Shown here: positions 1 through 11,600 of the stretch, piece by piece | Position numbering within the stretch: the first letter of the stretch is position 1 | How the letters are laid out: every line of letters begins with the position of its first letter | NCBI GenBank assembly: GCA_030704615.1 | Contig: CM060732.1 | Location: forward strand, 44,764,001-44,828,000 | Source of the DNA: Takakia lepidozioides | Taxonomy: Eukaryota; Plantae; Bryophyta | Length of the DNA stretch: 64,000 nucleotides | Direction of reading: 5' to 3' | Translations under genes and position numbers: made by a program | The notes under the pieces: model-generated | Databases searched by the model: none | Seen by the model: the letters and a program-made list of their open reading frames with translations, nothing else | Told to the model about the DNA's origin: nothing

Positions 1-56
1 CTTCCTGTCTTGTGCTTGTAGCTTGATCGTACTGAAAGAAGACAAGGTGTGCAAAG

Positions 57-3000
57 ATGGCGGCATCGGAGGAGATGAGCTCCCTCTTCCCAATTTTCAT
101 CCTGTCGGTGGTGGGATTGTTCACCGTGCCTTGGACAGTTTATCGGCTTACGAGGGCTCTGACAAGTCAAGGCAAAAATCTGCACTGCCGCTGCTCCGAG
201 TGCATGCGATCTCCCAAGTACCAGACTTCACTGGTGAAGCGGGTCAGTGTTTCGGATCTCCCTCATGTGCTCAAGTGGCATGGAAATTAGGGCGAATTAT
301 GTCTGCATCAAACTTGTGTATGTAGAGATAGAGGCGCGAGGAGTTAATGTTGAGTTCAACATGGCTGCTCAGCGTAGAAGGATATGTCTACTTCTAATCA
401 GGTCGAAACAGCTTGGATATCCCTTAGCTACTTGTTTTCCGCTCTTGATCGATTATGTGAAGCAGTGGCATCTACAGCGTGCAAAGTAGACAGAGAGAGG
501 TAGACGGTAGCAATTCGGATTTTTCACCCCCAATCAGGGTTTAAGTCAGTACAGATCCAACAATTGTGTCTATCCAGAGCATGACCTCAAGTAGCTGCTA
601 TTCTCTGAAGCGTGGCGACCAATGACTGTGGCACACTTCATATTAATTGAACTACCATCTTGCCCGTGAAGCACCAACCAAGCGGACACGCACAGTGTTG
701 GTGTCTTAGCTTGCAAGTTTTAATGCGAATCTATTTAGATCGTTGAGCAGAAAGTCTCATGTTCCTTTGGGTCGAATTTGCATATTGAGCACTCCGTTGG
801 ATATGTCTCACCCCCCCCCCCCTTAATGCCCACTTACGTCCTTAAAATCCATTAGTTGCCGCCCTAAGGATGCCTGACAGTCTTATTATTCTCTGGATAT
901 CAGGGACAAGCTGCCTGCATAGTGTTGCTTGTTGGCCTAGGTACTCAGCCTAAACTAGGCCTGCAGGATACTACTCTTCCCGGGGAGCATACTGTCTCCC
1001 CCATTTAGTGATGACCCACTTATGCCCTAAGGGGCATTTGTTCCTGCCTTATGGATGCCTTACAGTCATATTAGTCACTGGATATTACCACCAAGCTGCC
1101 TGCCTATTGTTGCTTGTTTGTCTGGGTACTAAGTCAAATCTGGGCCTGCTGGCCAGAAGCCAGTCATGGGTGTATGATACACAGTCCGAAATTGCCATAG
1201 CAGTCAAGGACAGCAGATGACAGTCAGGCTGCAGGGAATTGGGTGTTAATATAAGGGCTGGTGCCGATGTCATAGAAATTTTGCGGTACGTGTGCCTGTG
1301 ATTGCACTGCCAGAATCTCTGTTGTGTGGAAAGGTTAGTGGGCTAGAGAGCAATAGCGAGAAAAATGGAATTCTGGCAGTGCTGTCTTAACCAAGCTGTG
1401 GCCATATGTTGTGGGGTGGGGGTGTGGCGGGAGCAGGTTGGGAGGGTGTCAACATGCAGCAATGTGACAGTCGTGTTCCTGTGGATCATCATGGGTTTTC
1501 TGGTCTACTACATCAAGCTTATCACTCGTGAGGTTTGTCTGTCCTGTCTACATTTCTTCTTTGCAACTCAGAGCTTAGAGTGAGTGAGTTCAGAGTTTAC
1601 TAGGCTGGCACATTGATATATAATTCTTTGCAACTCCGTAACCTTCTTTGCACTACTTACATGGATATGCCAACATCACCCTCCACCCCCTTTTCCCTCT
1701 CTACTGTTACCATCAATCAACTCCCATCGAAGAAATAGTAATGTCATGCTTTGTATCTCAAATTCTGAAACTAGGTTTTCCTGGCTGTCTCTGTGCATTG
1801 TGGTTATCAGTTTTTAGGTTCTCACACTACCATATATTGCCGCTTGTGGTTGGGATCAGAGTCAACTATTTGAGCCTTACTCAATCCTGGGGCTCGAAAG
1901 TGGTGCATCTGATGGAGACATAAAGAAGGCATATCGGAGATTGTCAGTTCAATATCATCCAGACAAAAACCCTGATCCTGGTGTGTATATAATTCCTATA
2001 TCCTTTTCCCTTGAAAACTTTAAGAACTGGCAGCATAATGTTATAGTGACAGGAATGCTGAGCTCCATATGAAGGGTGAAGTTGGAAAGAGCAAAACTTT
2101 TTTCACTGCTACTTTTCAAGCACACACTTTTTAACCGTGGACCACGAGCCACATTTTGATGACCATCTAATCTGTCCTTCCAGGCATAAGCTGTGACTAT
2201 ATCTCAAGTTCGAGGACCAGAGCACCAGCACCGAGTTGAAGGAGCTTGGTTGATCACTGCAAGGACAGTCTGTTTGTTGGCTCTCTAACTCTGAGAGGGT
2301 TCGGTGGTTGTGTAGAGGCAAACAAGTACTTTGTGGATTTCATATCAAAAGCATATCAGGCCCTCACGGATCCAGTTGCAAGGGAGAATTTCAACAAATG
2401 GGGTCACCCAGACGGCCGTCAGGTTTGTGGTTTACCTTATCTCAGTTGCCCCCTAATGGTCTGCTGTTGAACCTCATACGTTTTTCGTCATCTCTGAAAC
2501 TATCTGTCTATTTGTTGTAAGGTACTGCTTATTTTCCTCTTCTCCATACACTTTTATGTAGCTCTTAGCCTTGCCTGTTCTTCCCTTTCCTGGATTCATT
2601 CAGCAATCCATGCGCTGGGCGTAAACTGAGGTTGCTGATGTGAATCAGCGGTTAAGTGTGGGGTAGGAAAGATAATTCAGACATCATCTTGTTAACAACC
2701 TGTGACTTTTGGCTCTTGCAATGTAGCCCAAAAATGCTAGCAACACCAAGGAAGTGGTGGCTGTGGTCAATCTGAAACCAGGGTGAACCAACCTGGGAGG
2801 GGGACAGGCATGCGAGCATAGTCCCATTTGAGGTAGTGATTTAGTCAAGTAGAACATGCCAACTGGGAAAAGGTTCTTCTTCCGGCACCCTACAGCTCTT
2901 CTCCAGACTGGTAGTGGGCAGTGATGGGCTGGAACTCAATAATTGGCAGGTTACCCTAAATGAATATTTTTATGAATCAGGTCGTACATGTCATGGTAAA

Positions 3001-5915
3001 TATGAGAGGAATGATACCAAAATGATCTTAGTGCACTACATGGGATTTCTTTGCAGGGAATGCAAATGGGGATTGCGCTGCCTTCCATTCTGCTCAATAT
3101 ACATGGGGCAGCGGGAGGAGTATTGTTGCTGGGGTTGGTAGGGTTTGGCATCCTTCTTCCTCTCATGGCAGCGGTGGTCTATCTCTCACGGTCGTCCAAA
3201 TACACAGGCAACTATGTCATGCACCAGACACTTTCAAGCTACTACTACTTCATGAAGCCCTCTCTTGCACCAAGGTATGCACTGCATCAAGTTATGTTGG
3301 GAGTCTCTTGAGCCTGTACCTGATATGAAACCTTGCTTATGAGGTTGTTTTCCTTTGGCCAGCAGAGTTGTTTGAGTATTGGTCGGAGCTGTGGGAGCTG
3401 CTGAAATTGGCACTTAGACATTGATTATGCATCTTCTATTAGACCGGGTTTATGAGGATTAAGTTATAGCATATCAGTTGAGCCAGGGATATAAGAGAAG
3501 ATCTTGAACTTCTTGTGGTGTTCTGGGCATGGCAGCAAGGTGATGGATGTGCTGATAAAAGCAGCAGAATATGTGGAGATGCCAGTACGGCGCAGCGATG
3601 AGGAGCCTTTGCAGCGCCTTTTCATGGTGGTGCGGAGCGAGCTGAACTTAGATCCCAAAAACCTAAAGCAAGAGCAAGCGAAATTCTGGAAGCAACATCC
3701 TGCCCTTGTCAAGGTACACCCTCAGCCCTCCTCTATGGCAAAGCAGGTATGGGTCACTGTGGGTTTGTATTTGTTTTGTGGAGCATATCCAGCAACGTTG
3801 TTGAGAAGGATAGTGTTTACAACCTCGGCTGGAGTGTATTTGCTTCTAGCAGCTGCTACTACTTTGGAGTGCTTCAATGTTACGCCTGTATGTTTTCCAA
3901 GTTGCCTAGGTTTTTTGTCATAACATGCAGTTTTGGTCCAATGGGAGATTATTCCTGCCTTTGTTATTTAACTGCTGCAAACAGTAAACTTGTGTGTCAA
4001 AAGGGAAATATCTATCTTCTACATTCCAACCTCAACCTTCTACCAGGGATTTCACAGCATCTTGATTCTTGGATGTGTGCTATGTTGGCTGGGGATGCAG
4101 ACAGAGCTGTTGTTGCTGGCACAGTTGACCAGGGAATCTGCAGGGGTACCAGCTAGTCTGCGTGCTGACTTTCAACATGTTCTTCGCCTTACTCCTCGTC
4201 TTCTTGAAGAACTTATGAAGGTATTGAGGTCATTCCTTGTTTATCCAGCTTAATCAAGACCGCATTGCTTCCTGTGTAATCTTGGCTGATCTTAATGTAC
4301 TGCATGGTTGCATGCAAGAGCTGGCAACTGGCTATTCACGTCTGTTTCCAGACACACCTAAGAAACCGTGCAGGATTGGAGCTACTTGCAGAGATTTGTC
4401 GAAGTCCTTGGTTTGTTGATTCATTCTAAAATTTATCTTGCTTACTCATTCATAGAAAGTGAATGTTATCGCTGGGCAGATGGCAGTTGCAGCACGCAAT
4501 GCAGAGGGCCATGGCTGGCTTCGGCCTGCTCTTGGAGTCATGGAGCTTTCTCAAAGCATCATTCAGGTTCTCCTTTTGTTTATCCAGTCATTATTTAGAA
4601 GGTTTCCAGTAGGCGTATAGCGGCCAGGATAAATAACAATGACTTCAAACTTTCATAGCTGACACCTCATTGAGAACAACGAATCATTTGCATGTGGGGA
4701 CTTGTCTGTACAATCTTCTTCATTCAGTCTGCAGTAGGTCTCTGTCAGGGCATGCATGTATGAGTTGATTGTAGAACTTTGCCAATGATGTGGTGTGTAT
4801 AGGCTGTGCCATTGAGTGCAAGGAAGGTTTCAGAACGAGCAGGAACAGGGGCATCAACAGATGGAGTGGCACCATTTCTACAGTTGCCACACTTCAGTGA
4901 GACTGTGGTGAAAAAAATCGGCCGCAAGGTACACCATCACCACAAACTCTTTTGTGTGCTCTGAGGTGCTTACACAGTGGTGACTGAAATTTTCATGGCT
5001 AATTTGTACACAGTGGTGTTTTCTCATGGAGAGACAAACTGACTGATGAGTTTTGCATTGCTACAGAAAGTACGTACGCTGCAGGATCTGCGAGACATGA
5101 ACACAATGGAACGAGTAGAGCTGCTGACAACGGTTGGGGGTTTCTCTGCACAAGAAGCTGCAGATGTTGAAGCAGTGCTTCAAATGATGCCTTCTATAAC
5201 AGTGGATTTGACATGTGAGACTGAAGGTGAAGAAGGTGTCCAAGCAGGCGATATTGTGACCATGCGTGCTTGGATCACTTTGCAGCGTGCCAATGGCCTG
5301 GTGGCTGCCCATCCGCATGCTCCACGCTTCCCATATCCTAAGGATGAGCTGTTTTGGTTGTTGCTTGCCGACACCAGCCTGAACTCGGTGTGGATCTCAC
5401 AACGTGTTATTTTCATGGACGAATCAGCTGCAGTGTCTGCAGCATCGAAGACAATCCAAGAATCGCTGGAGGGCACAGGTGCAGATGATGCTGAAGTGAC
5501 CACGGCTGTGCGGGCTGCAGTCCAAAGAGTGAGAGCAGGGTCGCGGCTAGTGATGGTGAAGTTCCAGGCACCAGCAGAGGGCACCTATAACCTCACTGCT
5601 TTTTGTCTCTCAGATACATGGATTGGATGCGACAGGAAGGTCAACATTAAGCTGAAGGTGGCCAAGCGCAGCCGAACTGGCACTCGTGTTGGAGCTATCC
5701 AGGAAGAGGGCCCGTCGGTGGAGGATGGAGTTGATGAAGAGATAGAAAATGCTGATGCCAATGGTGAATATGATGAAGACTACGAGAGTGAGTACAGCGA
5801 AGATGAAGATGAAGATGGGGAGGAAGGGGAAGTGGAGAAACCCAAGAACGAGGCATGGGTGAAGGAGGCGACTGCGGAGCTTCTGGATAAAGCCAATGAG
5901 GGTTGTGAGGAGTGA
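57..5915 (+). CDS. SEC63: SEC63/ERdj2-like ER translocon J-domain protein (multi-exon)
   Basis: N-terminus [17 protein letters not shown] with TM helices; J-domain YHPDK (~1953-1967); [13 protein letters not shown]; Sec63/Brl domain; acidic C-tail. About 10 GT-AG exons: ~57-242, 1437-1532, 1860-1981, 2317-2422, 3057-3273, 3536-3713, 4101-4220, 4480-4567, 4803-4927, 5067-5915. Confidence 0.95.
812..1155. repeat. Diverged two-copy tandem duplication (~185-bp unit) in SEC63 intron 1
   Basis: Shared blocks cccactta, ggatgcct.acagtc, ctggatat, caagctgcctgc, tgttgcttgtt and ggtact occur in both ~812-965 and ~997-1152. Confidence 0.75.
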
Positions 5916-6479
5916 CGCAAGTTATCTACGCTTGGGATAGGTTAAGTTGCCAGAAAGAAAGAAGATTCAACAGTCTAGCTTATCAGCTATTCTAGGAAAG
6001 GGTTGCAACTAATCGAGACATGAGGTATGTATGTCATAATTAGTCACTGAGTGGTCCACTCCAAGCACCCAGTCCAAAGTTGATTCCTCAAATCAGTCTT
6101 GGTGTGAGTTCATTAGTCAACTGACGTCTGAAATTGCAGAATGGGACACCAACGGTGTGGTGCAGCATTATGATTTTTCTTGATGAAGAATTTGTATCAC
6201 AGCTCCTCTTTCCTGAAGGTAAGGTGGGAAGCCCATTCAGGTGGAGAACAAGAAAACTCCCAGCAGAAACTGTGTAGGATTGCTGTGGCACCCATGAGCC
6301 TCTCTGCCTCCTGTGGCTTCTCCACTTGCATTGTGGTGGGGCCGACAGCGGGACGGTAATGTAGTGTAGTTTCTATTAGCCGTCCCAAACATGTCTGAGA
6401 TTCTGTAAAATTTTGTTCAAGGGACCCTTGGTACAAAGTAGAACAGAAGTAAATTTTAAGTAGGGGACAAGCGAATCTC

Positions 6480-6960
6480 TGTTCCAGAATGTAGGGATTG
6501 GGAGAACTGGAAATAACCAAATTGTCGTTAGCTACTGGTGACTTTCCTTATGGATTCATGTTTATCATTAACAGGTTAACAGTGTAGTAAGAGAAAAAGC
6601 ATTGAATAAAGATGTCACCTGTTGCAAGCTCTTCACTTCTTCCACAGCCTGTTTCCCATCAACCAATTTCATGACTACATTATATATTATGGTCATCTTC
6701 GGTTTCTGTGTATCATCTCCAACACGATTTTCTCTGTGCATCCATTCATAGACTTCAAGCGCGCACCAAAAGTATAATAGCACTATCTCCAAGTCTCTAG
6801 TAGAAAGCCTTTCTTGCATACCATGCGGCACCTTGCCTGGCTTCTTGACCATGTACATCAACTCAAATATAGCTTGCCTGAAAGGCTCCCCGGCCTTTTG
6901 TCTTGTGGCATCGCTGCTCCAATAATCCTTTCTGGAAGCCCTAGCTGCAAGTTTATTGGC
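6480..6960 (-). pseudogene. Inverted, degenerate partial copy of the PPR gene (3' part of exon 1 plus start of intron 1)
   Basis: Translation YMVKKPGKVPHGMQERLSTRDLEIVLLYF-WCALEVYEWMHRENRVGDDTQK matches ~15930-16295 with AQEGRDS deleted. Similarity continues into intron sequence (6491-6542 vs 16388-16440). Confidence 0.9.
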
Positions 6961-8619
6961 TCCTCCCTGAAGAGGAGACCAGGCATCACCGCCAATCCGA
7001 GGGAAGATCCTGATGTGCCTTCACCAGAAAACAAGACATACCTTCACTCCGCATGTACACTGCACAATGTGCCAGCATCAATGGCCAGCATCACCTGCCC
7101 CCTGAGATTCAATAAATATGACCCAATCAACCATTTGCAGGTTGAACTAAGGCATGCCCTCAATCAAAAAATCTTATGGTAGCTCTAATCTTTAACCAAC
7201 TCAAAATGAGAATAATTACACAAAGAGTCCAGTGCCACTCTTCACATGGCACAACTACATCTCCCTTGTTTGCATTCTCCTTAATATTTGCATCTTGAGC
7301 TCCAGACCACCACTGGAGGGCATCCAGGCCAGGAACACTTCATGATGTGCAACTTTACAAGGCTGAATCAGAGAACCCTCATGTCCCCGACCAATAGAGT
7401 ACTTCAATTGCAATGATATGGGCACTTTGAGGATTGTTGATTTCTACAGACAATCTTCTGGAGGTTCAGTCAGTGGTGGGACTTATCCATTCTGAAAAAC
7501 AAACTCCCACAGCCCTATGTGGAAGCAATGGCGCGACCCAGACTCGGTTCGACCGAACCGACGTTCCATATGTCCCATACTCCCTTCTAATGAGGAGCCA
7601 AAGCGCCCAAGGGCAGGGCAGTAACAGTTCAAGACACTGGCACAAACCCAGAAGGAGGTAGAGAGGAGGGAGAATTGAGATAAGGAGAAAAAGCTCACAA
7701 GGAAACTCCACAGAAATATCTAGACCATTGAACACACTGCCACCCTCCTCGATCAGTGAGAGTAAGCAAGAAACTGAGGCACTGAGTGAAGAGACAAAGG
7801 TACATAACCATCCGCAGTAGCTGGGGCCTCAAGGTCCTTTCTCTATTGGCTTGTGCTGTCAGGGGGGCACTGCAATGTGTCCTCGTCCTCACCCCCTAAA
7901 ACAACCAACATACAACTGTAGGAAGCCCACCTGCTGCACTACTTTCAGATTTGTTGTAGTTCACCAGAATTGGAGTGCGATGTGGTGATCTGAATCGAAA
8001 TAGCAGAAGTAATGCGAATGATGCAACAAGCTTAATTGAATGCATCTTCAAGTTCAACAGGTTGACACTCGACAAAACAAGCAAGGTCTCTGAATTACTG
8101 AGCAAAGTCCTTGTATCCACCAGCTCAAAAACTTAGCTGCCAGACAATTGTCTTTAAGTTGTTACAAAGCTCAGCTTCTTCATGGTATGAGTTATGGAAG
8201 CTTTCATTCAGATCCTCTTCCAGCAACACATAAAATGTCCATGCAGTGTACTCTCTCTATTGCAGGCACCGTGTCTCCAGGCCATTCAGTTCGCCTTTTT
8301 CGGTGTACAATGTACAATGTAGTCAGTTTTTGGTGTTTGTTGTCTGTACAATGTCTGGCTTCAAAATCACCGTATGATGGCTTTATGCTCAGCACTGAGC
8401 CACTGTACTTACTAAGATCAAATGTTAAGAGTCCTTGAGCAGCTGCACCATAGTAAACAAGTTACAAACAAATCAGAAGTGCCTGCTCTGATAGGGTAAC
8501 AATCTGGTTAAGCCATGCAAGGTTTGTGCATTACAAGCTTCACAAACATGTTGATAGAATTATAATTTCTACCTCTGCTACAAAGCAAACCTAACAAGAG
8601 GTAGCGAGGTACAGTACCT

Positions 8620-11600
8620 TTGGTCCCTGTATCTGCCTTGTCATAGAAAGTGTCCTTGAGAGATATTACAATACTTTGGAAGCCCATACCATTTCCTTTA
8701 ATGTCCTGGCCCTTGGCATCATCACATGATTTTGAGCGGATGTACGCCACAACTTTGGCCACGTTTAAGTTGTCCAAAGCAGCATCAACCTCATCAAGAT
8801 GGGTGGAAGCTGCAGAGACCCCCCAGCAAAACAGAAAGCAAGTAATGGGTCATCAACAGTTGCCGTCTACAAATAAAGGTCTTGAGTTGGACTTCATTGA
8901 CCAGGAATTATGTTGAACGAAAAATGCGACCGTCATTGGTAGCGTAGACAGATAACCAATTTTCGCAGCCTGTCTTCAGGCATAATTCCTTCAAGACTCC
9001 AAGCTGTTAACAAAGTAAATGCAGTGAAACCTCAGACTACATGTTCTAAGCATTCCAACTCCCAGATAGGATCTAGGTTACGTGTAATTACCTGTGGAGC
9101 AGTATACTCGATGCCATACAAAAAAGGTTCATCGTCATTCTCCAAGTTGAGGTATGCTGTGTCTCCCAGAGGATGAGTAGTACTGCTTGAGCTGCTTGAA
9201 TATTGTGTTGATATTCTTCGAAATGTGGTTGAACGCGTCCATGAATCTCTCGTATCTGCGAGAGGCACAGTAAAAGGCATTTGAAAAAATTGCTCATTTA
9301 TAAGAACAACCAGTTTCTTGGCATGAGTATAAGACCTGGCAAGAAATTTATCTCACCTCTGCTGTTTAACAGCATTATATTTATCAGAAATTTCCTTCGC
9401 TTCTCTCCTCGCTGTATCAAACTCCTCAATCGACTCCCTCTCTTTCGCTCACAGGCTCTCCTATTGATCAAGAGCACGCCCAATCTCCAGAGATATGGAC
9501 TCCATTTCCCCCTTGAACTCCAGTTCCAGCTTCTCTTTCTCTCCCGGTCTCAATTCCTAAGACCAACGGTGTGTCCAATTAGAACTTCTGTCCAATAATG
9601 GGTAGCCCAACCAAAAGTTGAAATTGAAGACTCCGGAAAGAACAGAGAGCCAAGTTCAGTCTTTCACCCCCTTAGGAGGCAAGCAAGGAGACGAAAAGAA
9701 CATTACACACGGAAAATCATGTCAATATCCCCTCAGAAATGAAGAGTGAGAAGCAATGGCGATAGAGGCCAACCTGTTGGTGAACTCTTCTAAGCTTGGA
9801 GTAGTCGAAAGACAAATTTTGCTGGGATGAACCAGCAGAGTTGACATCCATGGCGTCTGTGACAGGAAGCTTGATTTGATCCAACTCACAATTCTCAATA
9901 ATTTCTTGTTTTCTGGAGTATAGTCATTCAATATGTGTTTCCAGGTGCCACAAAATTCAGCACAGTACCATCCAAATAGCCATGCCTTTGAGAGAGAATT
10001 TGTCTGTAACAAGCACTTCTGCCTGGTGTGGTATTTGAAGTCAGCACATCACAGCAGGTAGAAGATCCTCCTGGAATTGACTGTGTTCCCAAAGAAGAGC
10101 GGAAAGTCCTGAGAGCAATTCGCATGCAATCAATAAATTCAGAGGATCAGAATGAAAAGAAACAAAACCAACAACCCTACCTAGGCAGTCATCTGCCGTT
10201 TGACCTTCCTAAGATTGGCAGTGTCAGTGCTTCCTTGTTTTTTGAAGTCCTGAATTTCTTCTTCAATGGCATCAGCTTTGGCCTTGAGATCCAGACCTTC
10301 CTGCTTCATTGCTTCAAGCTGCTTGGCATTGGCATCCATGCCAGCCTTAACCCTCTTCTTTGCCTCATCCAGGCGGTCACATACCAGGGTGTTGCCCACA
10401 GCATAGAGCAAGGCTCTCTCTAACGCTGGGTCAAAAGTCTGAGAGTCAAGGAATGAATATTTCAACTCATCTATATATTGATGGCAAAACATAACAAGCT
10501 ACAGATGCGACATAGAAAATATGACTTCAGACACACAAGGCATGCCGATACACCATGTGGTGTACATCCTGACATTACCGACAAAGCAAACCCACAGAAA
10601 TACACCCTAAATTGAAGTTGAAACACGCACACCAACTGCCTTCCACCACATCATGAAACAAATGCAGCTAAGAGAATCAATTGGTGGGATGATATTGTAC
10701 CACATTGTAGATCAGCTTGACTGTGCCACCCAGTGTTAGCAGCTTCTCCAAGCTGATTGCAAAGGGATAGATGTCTGTGGAGGCAAGCACTGCTCCTTGA
10801 GATACTATAGACCCACCAGTATCCAAGCATGAGAAAAAGTGCGCATGCGACTCTCCTTGATGTCACAGCGTCCTCCAAAGACAACTACAAGATTTTTTAC
10901 TTCATTGCCCACAATGCACTCCTCATTCCACCCCGTTCACAGTTGACGTATTTGACACATTCCTACCACTCATCATAAAGAAGCACGAGAGACCCAATTC
11001 GCCCTCACCATCCTCAGTCAATTGGTGTTTCATCTCACAGACCTAGATGAAAGAGAACCCCAGCTTGAGACCCGATGTTTCCAGTGATGTCATCCTCAAC
11101 GATGACAGCGTCCATGAAGCGGCCCATTGCAACAGTTACGGCCAAATTGTACTTCTGTGTGGGTCTACACAGATCTGTCATTCGACCATGAACACCGGGA
11201 AATATCGCTTCAGGTTTGCCACAGCCTCTGCGACCTTTGAATCTCGTTCACTCTCGCGCTTGTCTGCCTGATCAGTCTGAGAGGCTCCAGCAACCTCCTC
11301 TATCACCCAATCCAAGATTTCACCCTCCATCTCCCAGGATAAAATCTCGGAGGCTCCAACTTCTGTCTCTGATGCAATGTTGGAGCGTGCGGGAGTCATT
11401 TCTCTCCCCCTCCAGTCGCCCTGGAGAAGAGTTCGACTGATGAATGAACATATCATCTCCTCCACCGTTCCAAACCCGGTAGCCATTTCGGAGATGGAGG
11501 TCGAAACCCTGGATTGGATAATAGAGGAGGTTGTTGGGTTCCAGCAGCTGGTTCTCTAACTCATACCCCTTCGCCTTTAAGCTCTCATACCGAGTCCTGA

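Noticed and set aside
6960-8500. Exon-like GC patches between the PPR copy and the SMC1 pseudogene
   Set aside because: I could not assign them to any protein family by eye.
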